Assembly: GCA_001949185.1 (NCBI GenBank) | Contig: BDGG01000005.1 | Span: 2,345,249-2,409,248, forward strand | DNA length: 64,000 nt | From: Ramazzottius varieornatus | Taxonomy: Eukaryota; Animalia; Tardigrada | Reading direction: 5' to 3' | In this document: in pieces, positions 52,901-61,900 of the stretch | Layout: every line of letters begins with the position of its first letter | Position numbering within the stretch: position 1 is the stretch's first letter | Made by a program: the position numbers and the translations under genes | Notes under the pieces: model-generated | The model's database searches: none | What the model was told of the DNA's origin: nothing | What the model saw: only the letters and a program-made list of their open reading frames with translations

Positions 52901-55044
52901 ACGCTCGAACGAACAAGCATGAGCCCAACCGGAAGTCAAATCCAATATTTGAAAAACTTGTAGAGCAGGCTTAGAAAAATTTCTGACTTACTATTGTTTG
53001 GTTATCTTATGGATCATTGATTTTCTGGCAATTCTAGCAGTCGTTCGTACCTTGATTTCCTGCTGCTTTCGTGCAAGCTAGCGGACTATAGGTCCACGAG
53101 GTTCCGCCAACTTCCACTTTGAGGTCGCCGTCCGCAAAGATCTGCTGGACGCGTCCAACCTTGCCCAAAGTCTGTAGAAGAACGAAGAAAGCATTGCTCA
53201 CTTTTGTCCATTGTGATGCCGTACAGAGTAGCGATTGTAGTGAACTTACTGGCAACATCGCATCGGCCCATTCGCCATGTCCACGCTGGAGCAGCTTGAT
53301 ACGTTCGACGTCTCGGGTAATCTCGACCACGTCACCAATTTGAAATCTACTGTAGGCATCACCCGCCTCGAGCTGAGACGGCGAGAGACTGTTCTCGTCG
53401 GCGCGGAATGGGTTGACTGGAGTTAGACAAGCTGGATTGAATGTCCATCTGTCAAATACAAGGAAGACATTGTTATGTACGGACCTCAAGCTTGGTACGA
53501 GTTCCTCTATTGGGTACTACCTACCTATTGCCGCTAGGATAAGACACCACAACGTCCTGGTCTTCGTCGATGCCAACAACAATACCAGTGGTCCCAAGAC
53601 ACTACGAGGCAAATTATAGTTAGTATAGCAAGGCATAATGCCGCCCGCAAATAGAAGGGAGGAGGTTGAAAAGGGTATTCAGATTACCTCGAACATGCCG
53701 TCTGTCCATCCTCCATGTCCATGCTGTAGACTCTGCACGATCTCCAGCTCCAGATCGACGTTGACTTGATCGTGAATAGAAAAGGTGTACGGTCCATTCC
53801 TTCCGGGTACTTGTTCACCGAGTAACGGCAGGTGATCTCGGTAGTACATGGGGCCTTTCCCTTCTTGCACATATTTCAAGTCGGACATTCCCTCAAAACC
53901 CACCCTAATGGCAACCCGAGCCGATTATCAAGATGTCTCCAAGTTGTCCTTGACTTGGCAAGCGAAGTAGACATTGATAGTTCTCTTGATTTACCTGTAA
54001 AGGTTTTTCACTCCACTCTCCCATATGATATAAGCTGCACTCCTCGGACTAGCTGCCGACCAGTCCTGGATCTCCGTTAGCTTTCCCCGCTTGCCATCAC
54101 CGCCGTCTTGGTCTTCCCACATCCAGTCATGGCCTAGGAATAGTCAGTTAACAGCACGAGACCAAAACACATACTCGCAGTAAGACTGTTTTTTCTACCT
54201 CGAACAACTCTCGCATTGGCAAATAAACCTTTGGATTTCTTCTTCTTTGCTTTCAACCGTGGTTCCAGTAAAACTCTTTCTGTTCCAGGAGCAGTAGTCC
54301 GATAAAATCGATGTCGAAGGTTGTGCTTGTCGCCGTGATAGCACAGCGAGCATAGATCGTAGTTGGCACATTCCGCACACTTCCATCTGATTCCGTAGAT
54401 CGGAGCTTGTCGACAAGAGTCGCACATGGATCCATCATGCTTCACACCTGGAGGAGAGCCGGAAATGACCCAAAGCATTCACCCACACAGTGACAACCGA
54501 CGAGACAACCCTTCAATCTGACAACCCTTCAATCTGACAACGCATGGCGTCATAAACGAGAACGGTTTACAACGTAAACATCAAGCCAAACCTTCCGGTC
54601 ATTTTGACATCATAGACCACTTCCGTCGCACACAACAGGCACTTATCCGTACTAGAGCAGACGATCCGGGACAGAAAATGTCTTAACTAACCTGTAGCAC
54701 TACTGTCGAATATCCTTAAATCAAATGCTCCAGCACAGCGGTAGTTCGCAGCCGTTCCGTTATCCCAAACAACCACGACACCTTCTGCAGATTCAAAGCT
54801 GCGGACAGTTCCAACATGACCATCTCCGCCGTCTTGATCTCCCCACTTCCAGTCCACTCCGCGCACCTGTAACGGCAACATCAACGCACCGTATAACATC
54901 AAGCTGTAACCAGACTTTGCTTACCACTCGTGTTCCAACTCCCTCATGTAAAGATCCAGGAGTTCGAGCGGACACTCCAGCGCGAGGAATAGTTGCGTTA
55001 CTGTTTGGAAACACCAACTGAGGTGGTGCAGGTGCCGCTTGCAT
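40968..55044 (-). CDS. MIB1: E3 ubiquitin ligase Mind bomb, multi-exon, with an 8.8-kb intron at 42777-51571
   Basis: MZM region ([16 protein letters not shown] finger [25 protein letters not shown]), Mib repeats ([22 protein letters not shown]), ankyrin repeats, three RING fingers ending [35 protein letters not shown]. Confidence 0.96.
41341..41389. repeat. Intronic palindrome family copy (MIB1 intron)
   Basis: GCAGTGGCGCA-N27-TGCGCCACTTG. Confidence 0.88.
42230..42278. repeat. Intronic palindrome family copy (MIB1 intron)
   Basis: CAGGTGGCGCA-N27-TGCGCCACTTG. Confidence 0.88.
44475..44600. repeat. Tandem pair of degenerate palindrome copies (MIB1 large intron)
   Basis: Units at 44475-44523 and 44552-44600, period 77. 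Confidence 0.7.
45457..45505. repeat. Intronic palindrome family copy (MIB1 large intron)
   Basis: CGAGTGGCGCA-N27-TGCGCCATATA. Confidence 0.8.
47521..47680. repeat. Tandem cluster of palindrome copies (MIB1 large intron)
   Basis: Full unit 47521-47569, internally deleted unit 47595-47625, half-site 47669. Left half-sites are exactly 74 bp apart. Confidence 0.8.
50771..50819. repeat. Intronic palindrome family copy (MIB1 large intron)
   Basis: GAAGTGGCGCA-N27-CGCGCCACTTG. Confidence 0.88.
52340..52456. repeat. Foldback inverted repeat, 48-bp arms, 21-nt loop (MIB1 intron)
   Basis: 52340-52387 versus the reverse complement of 52409-52456: 8 mismatches, mostly transitions. Outer arms TGTAACTCATAA / TTGTGAGTTACA extend it to about 52296-52486. 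Confidence 0.8.
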
Positions 55045-55932
55045 TGTGTGCCAGCACGTTCAGATTCCCTCACGCTCTCCGCACATCATAAAATACAACT
55101 TGACAAAGATTAGAAACAGAGCATGCATAAGCTCCGACAGCTACAGCTGGAAAGTAAAAACTCAGCCGAAGCCTAAAGGTTAAAGCAGAGTGATGGTTTA
55201 AATTTAAACCCAAATAACTGAAATATAATGTAAAAAGGGACGTAGCAGATCGTTTACCTTGTCTACCTTGGTTAACGCAAGCGGCGTACAGCTAGTGAGA
55301 AATTCAATGTGAGAGTGCGCCACTTGACTCAACATGGCGATTTGGTACTGGTGACGTTAGAGCTGGTGACATCACTGCGTCAAAATTTGTTCGGGACCCC
55401 GGAGGAAATGTGGGAAAACGATTCGGAACACCGAAGTCAGCCATCCAGTCTCCAATAAAAAGTTGCAACCAACAGCCGCGGGCTATCAGCGAAGGTTGCG
55501 AACGACGCAATAGGACACCGAAAGTGAGGAACTACAGTAGCCGATGTGACAGCAGGCCGCACCCAGTTGATGGACACCCGCGAACAAGCCATCTTTATAA
55601 CGTCCTTACTTCTTAGCCCCGTAATCGTATATGTAGGGCATTGTATGGATCGCATGTGTGAACCGGCGGTTTTTTCCACTACGGACTACCACCGTACCAC
55701 GAGCTTGCCCTACGAATGGATTACACAACAACATAGCAATTAACAGATTATGCTGTACAAACACTGTTCTTGAGAAGAACTGCGAGCACGACAGCCGCGA
55801 GATACCGCTCAACAAAATATTAGTGCAAAGAGGAACTGTGCCGAGACTAAGTAACACATTCCAAAAAATTGCAAGCATTATGAATAAAAAACGATCTTAT
55901 CCATGGGCAGGATGAGCCAGTTCGGATGGGTT

Positions 55933-58391
55933 TTATCGGCGACCATAACTGGCTCCAGCTGGACCTCGGTTCGCGCCTTGTCCTCCTCCATACGCTCCTA
56001 CAAAAAGAAGTGAATTCCTACCTCAAGCTTCAAAGCTAAGGAAGGCTCACCTCTTGGAGGATATGGAGCTGATCGGGCAACGGAGCCACCACCACCCATG
56101 TTACTGGTGGAATAGCTGGATCTCATGGGTCCGCCACCGGTATAGCCCTCGTTAGGATAGCCACTGATGCCGCCGCCACCACCACCGCCATACGGTACAC
56201 TGCTGGGTTGCCGCCCGTAGTCACCGGCGTAGTTGGGATAAGCATCGTTAGAAGGTCGTCCTCCACCATACCCACCACCAGCTGGCATACCGTAGCCGCC
56301 ACCAGGAGCTCCGCCACCGCCATATGGTGCCGACGAACCTCCGCTCGGTCCCCAGCCACCATGACTGGATCCTCCGCTGCCTCGCGACCCATACTCACTG
56401 CCGTAGCTACCGCTTCCACCAGCCCCGTAACTGTCAGTGTAGCCGCGCGGACTGCTGCCTCTGCCACCATAACCTCCGCTCGAGTAGCGATCGCTTTCGC
56501 CATACTGACTGCGGTATCCGTCACTGCTGCCCATACTGGGCCGGTACCCGCCATCCCCGTTCCGCGATCGATCGTAGCCGCCATAATTAGCCCCTCGTGA
56601 GCCACCGCGGTCGTCAGCGCGGTAAGTGTCGCGCGCGTACGAGTCTCGACCGCTGCTACCACGGTAACTGTCCCGTCCGCCACTAGGGCCACCACTGGAA
56701 CGGTCAGGACCCGAGTCTCGGCCCATGTCTTCCTTGGACACGGCCTTCTGCACCTCCAGCCGGTTACCATTCAGCGAGTGGTTACGCATTACTGCAACCA
56801 AGCATCACAAATCAACTAGCGTATTCACTTTAAAGAGAAGACGTATGGACGTAGGCAAACAGACTCGACAGGATCGTCTTTGCCAAGTGGCGCGCACTTC
56901 AGCCAACAACACTAGAAACGTGCGCCACTTAGGGAGAACATCGTGTCGTTTCTCCAAGTGGCGCACGCTGGAAAACAATGTCGATCTCCCCATACTGCGT
57001 TGCTGGCGGGGTGTCGGTAAAGAGGTAACTTACAGATGAGCTTGTCGACCACATCATAGTCTTCGAAGGTGACAAAGGCGAAGCCTCGGCGCTTGGTTGT
57101 GCCTTTCTCGGTGATAATGTCGACGCTGGTTACGGTTCCATACTTGGAAAAGTAGTCTTTTAGCTCGCTTTCCTCGATACCTTCTCTAACTCCACCGACG
57201 AAAGCTTTACAAACGGTGGCTTGAGATCCTGGCTTCGTTGACATCTGCAAATCAGCAACACAACACCAGTGGACCAAAGTTCTTTCCGATATCTACTGTA
57301 GCCAAGTCCTTCTCCAACACACGTACCTCTCGTGGAATGGCTCGTTTAGGTTCGACCGTTCGCTCGTGAATGATGTGTGGCCGGTTTTTCTGGGCCTCAT
57401 CGACCATGTAGGCACGGCGATAGGTGACGAAGCCAAAGCAGCGCGACTTGCGGGTTTGCGGGTCAACCATGACCACCGAATCGACTATCTCTCCATATTT
57501 TCCAAAGTGCTCCCGCAAATCCGCTTCCGTGGTGTTGTACGTCAGGCCACCGATGAAGAGCTTCCTTAGCTGCTCCGGCTCGTCCCTTCCCTGTTAGTAG
57601 CAATTAGCAAATGAAATCAGAACGGTCACTCTGACACGGTAACTATCTCAGGAATAACTCATGGGACAGGGCACGCCTTGCTCTGTTTCCATTCACAGCG
57701 CGGAAACGGGCCTGTCCTGCGATCTTTTTTCCTGTTAGGCCCTGCCATCTTGCCTCAGAATATCACTTCACAAACCAATCACTCTTTCTTTCTGACTAGC
57801 TATGAACTTTTGAGTTATGACTACTATCATTCCGAATCACTATCTAAACTGAGAATGGGCATAATTACATCGTCATCCTGATTCTGATTCTGAGGGTTGG
57901 AATTCGAACTGGACGCTGCTGCTGATGCTGCTGCTGCTGCTGCTGATGCTGCTGAAGCTACGTTACTGGAACTGCTACCACTGGTCTCCGTTTTGAAACC
58001 ATTCTGTACAGATGGTGATGCTGTCGCTGCTGCTGTCGAAGAGGACTCTTGGTTATTCTCCACCTTAATGTTAGGTTCATGCTCTCCAGTTGAAGATAGG
58101 GCTCCTGCTCCTGCTGGCTTTGTGGAGTTATCATCTCCTGAGCCTACTGGCGCTGCTACCTTCGTATCTCGTTCATCAAGCTCCTGCTTCACAGTAAAAT
58201 CTGTAAAGTGATAATAACCACACTAATAACCCCGTATATCCGCTTTCAGCTACGGTAGGAAAATGTGGCATATGTTATAAGCAGCTTCTGCCTCAAAATG
58301 GCGTCCAGGACAAGAAAAGCATTTACTCACGGTCATGACCGCCATTCGCTGTCGCGGTATCTCCAGATGTTCCATTCGAAGAGTCCGCCAT
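55933..58391 (-). CDS. HNRNPA1: hnRNP A/B family protein (exons 58391-58331, 58200-57869, 57590-57327, 57244-57034, 56791-56051, 55997-55933)
   Basis: [32 protein letters not shown]; second [27 protein letters not shown]; Gly/Tyr-rich tail with GGGPMR..RSAPY (PY-NLS-like). Poly-Ala N-terminal extension. Confidence 0.92.
56884..56976. repeat. Palindrome copy plus tandem half-unit (hnRNP intron 4)
   Basis: CAAGTGGCGCG-N26-TGCGCCACTTA at 56884-56931; second CAAGTGGCGCA at 56955. Confidence 0.85.
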
Positions 58392-58985
58392 CTCCGTCGA
58401 GTCCAACACCAATACTATTGTTGGAAGGAGCCACACAAGTCACAAGTGCACTGGAATGTTTAGCACTTCAAATGAAACGGACTCTAATCAAATCCGTCGA
58501 CGAAAATCGAAAATTCGAATTTCGAAATAATTATAACATTTCCGGTGGTTAGGTTAGGCACTTGAGCTGAGAGCACGCTCCGACCGACCAGAAACCATGC
58601 TGAGTCACAGTGTATCTTGGTTGGACCGAAAGTACGTTTGACCGATCGATCGATCCCCTGGTTTCGTGCAATTCGTGGCAAAACTATTTCCGTCCGCTCA
58701 CTTTTTAAAGAACGCAGAAGAGGAGCGGAGGCGGATGGCACAATTCCTGCGGGTATAAAACGCGAAGACTTTCTTTGTTTCGGTTTTGCAGTTTGTTTTT
58801 TTTTGTACTATTTCTTACAGGTTTTTCTCGGTTGAAGTTTTACCCTTCTTCTAACCCTGTTGACGAACACACATTTTGTTCTTTACTGACTGGCGAAGTT
58901 TCATACGTTGCTCTTTACAGGAAGGCTCGAACGAAAGGACTGAAGAGGTCCTACCCGACGGAAAGAAAGCTCGCGGAAATCCAAG
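58392..58985. promoter_or_regulatory. Divergent promoter region hnRNP / Piwi
   Basis: Start codons about 600 bp apart on opposite strands. Acceptor-like sites at 58820 and 58920 suggest 5' UTR intron(s) of Piwi. Confidence 0.45.
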
Positions 58986-61900
58986 ATGGCTCCAGTTCCA
59001 GACGACGTCGTCACCGAGATCCTTTCGGGAGCGAGCGAGAAGGTCAAACCTGAGGCTAATGAGACAGCCAAGACAAGTGTTGCAGCGCTTCCTGCCCCAG
59101 CTACTGCACCGGTCCCGGATGACGCCATGGAACGCGACGAGATGAATCCTGTTCCACCAGCAGGTACTGTAATGCCCGTTCTCCCCCAAGCTAAAGCTGT
59201 CTTGATGTTCCTTCACTCTGTCCGTCTGATTTCACGTTATCCCCGTGTGTTTCAGGTTCTTTTGGTGCGGCGAAAGCCAGGAAGACGGTTTACATCGACA
59301 GGTTCAAGATGCAGCGAACCCGTCCCGAGAACATGGAAGTCAAATGCGGTGAGTTTTCTCCCTTACTCAAGAACAAACCGAACCGGAAACAGCCATTTTG
59401 AAAATAGTTGCTCGGCTATGTGCACTCAAAACAGACCTGAGCCGCTTTAACGGGGTTCGGGCGACGCACTTACCGAAATTTACGAACTTCCTAATCGCTT
59501 TGTGTCATGACCGGATTCGTGTGCCGAAATGGGTTCGCGGAACAAAAAACCATTGTGTGAAGCTTCCGGGTTTCCCATGTTGGTCACGGGTCCTTCATTG
59601 TTTTGTTGTACTGCGTTATGTAGCTCTTCTTTCGTTTATAGGCACTGCCGGTAGGCCGATCAAATTGATCACGAACTATGTCCGGGTGGAAGTGAACACA
59701 ACCAAGCCGGAAGTGAAGGACGTCCTCCAGTACCGTGTGGACTTCACGCCTGGGACCGTGAACACTGGGCAGAAGTTCCGGCTGATGCGCCTGTTCGCTG
59801 ACAAGGTCGGTCTCCACAGAAATGACTATATCTTCGACCGGAGTAATATCCTGTACTGCGGAGCACCAGGCGGTGCAAAGATCGGCACGGTAGGAAGCAC
59901 AGTTTCCTCTCATCAACTAACTTGTTGGATTTATTTAATTTCTAATCTGCAACGTTGATTTGACCGTTGTAGGAATTCATCCATGAAGTATCGTTCGAAG
60001 GAATGGAAGTGACGATTCGTGTTGTTCGTGTGGCTACGCTGAGCCATGAGGAACCACAGGTCCTTGTTCAGATGAACACTCAGCTGAACAGGTAAATTAA
60101 TCTAATACTGTTCGTATTTCACCTCGGCCAACCAGCTCGACCGTTTTCCCAAGTGGCGCAGGCTTCCAGCCGGTATCACTGAAAACGTGCGCCACTTCGA
60201 TGAACTTTCTGGAGTTCGCTTTTCGTGCTTTCTGGTTGATCTAAACTATTCTAAATGTAAATTCGAGCCGCCAGACCGATTTGCGAATCTCGTTCTGACC
60301 TGGGTTATTTTTTTGCAGGTTTCAGGAAATGGATCTGGAAATGAAACGTGACCGTGATGCCTTCTTTGATCCCACCAAAGCGGTCTTCATCCGCCAAGGG
60401 TATAATCACTATTGTATTATTCTTCGTTCTTAAAAATTGGGATCCTGCTTTATGTTCTTAAACTCAGTAACTCGATAACAAAGTTACATTTTGTCTTTTT
60501 GCTAGGAATTTTGAGATCTGGCCAGGTTTCGAAACTTCGATTGGGGTGTACGATACACCACTGAAGGACCAGCCCTTGTTGATGAGCATCGATCCGAAGT
60601 TCCGTATCGTGAGGTAAGTTTCTTCCGGCTTCGTTCTGACACGGTGCTTTTTTCAAAACCTTCGATCTCCAGTACAGTAACTGGTTTTTATCTTCTTCTC
60701 TTCAGGAAGGAAACTGCACTGCAGTTCATGACGGTAGTCCTGCAAGGCGGACAGAGAGCTGGGAAAACCATGGAGCTTATCGAAGCGGAAGTCTTCAAGG
60801 CCATGAAAGGATCGGTCGTAGAGACATCGTAAGTTTTTGTTCTTGCTTGTTGGTCGTTCGACGGTTACATAGTTTAGACGACCGATTGTCTTGGATTGTG
60901 ATTCGTATGGACAGATTCGGATCGATGTTTTTCCAGGTACAACCACAAGTCTTACCGAGTAGAAGGGGTCAGGTTCAATGTGAACCCAGCCAGTATCTTT
61001 GAGGACAAGAAGTTCAACAAGGAGACGAAGGAGGAAATAGTGACAAGCCAAAGTTACGCAGACTACATCAAAGTGGTACGAACAACGACATCTTAATCCT
61101 AGTCATTGTTATTTTTTGTCAAGGTGGAAAGTAGCCAGCAGAAAGAAAATAGTTTACAGTCGCGTCTGGTATTTGATGATTTCTGTTCCTCCTCTCTAGC
61201 GCTACCACAAGACTACCTCGAACATGAAGCAGCCTATGCTGGTCGTCAAGCCGTCCAACAAAGCCATGCGGAGGCGCAAAGACGCTCCAGAGATACTGCT
61301 GATTCCTGAGCTTTGCCAGATGACCGGATACACCGACAAGATCAAGGGTGACTTCCAGATTATGAAGCAAGTAACTAATGTGACGAAGATGAGCGTTACT
61401 GACCGGATGAACAAGATCAACGAGTACATCAAGAAGCTGACAGGGTAAGTACCCACCCAAAATTCTTTACGTAGGCGTGTTTGCTCTGGAATATATTACT
61501 CGGTAGTCAATCCGTGTATTTATAGGCACCCAGCAGTCCAGGAACAGCTGGACGCTTGGGGAACCAAGTATCACTCGGAAATGATCAACCTTCCCGCTAG
61601 GCTTCTGAACCCACAAGTCATCGTTCAAGGAGGTGATCAGGTAAGGAAACACCCTGTAATTTGGTTGGCCCAAGTATTTCTCTGTTGCTCCCAATCAAAC
61701 AACTATGTGAGATCCCCGCCAACAAAATCGACAAGATCGTCTTTCCAGGTGGCGCATATCCGCAGCCAGTCATGGTGACAGCGGGCGGCAGTTTTACAAA
61801 CTCGACAAGATTGTTTCCTCAAGTGGCGCACGCCTTGAGCCTATAAAACCGAAAAAATGCGCCACTTAGTAAACGAGCTGTTCGTGTTTGTTTGTCCAAG

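Noticed and set aside
38004-55044. Pins-Mind bomb adjacency as an asymmetric-division/Notch module
   Set aside because: Convergent orientation with no shared promoter; no evidence beyond thematic similarity.
57420-57450. RNP1 variant RCFGFVTY in hnRNP
   Set aside because: The same variant occurs in vertebrate hnRNP A0, so it is not unusual.
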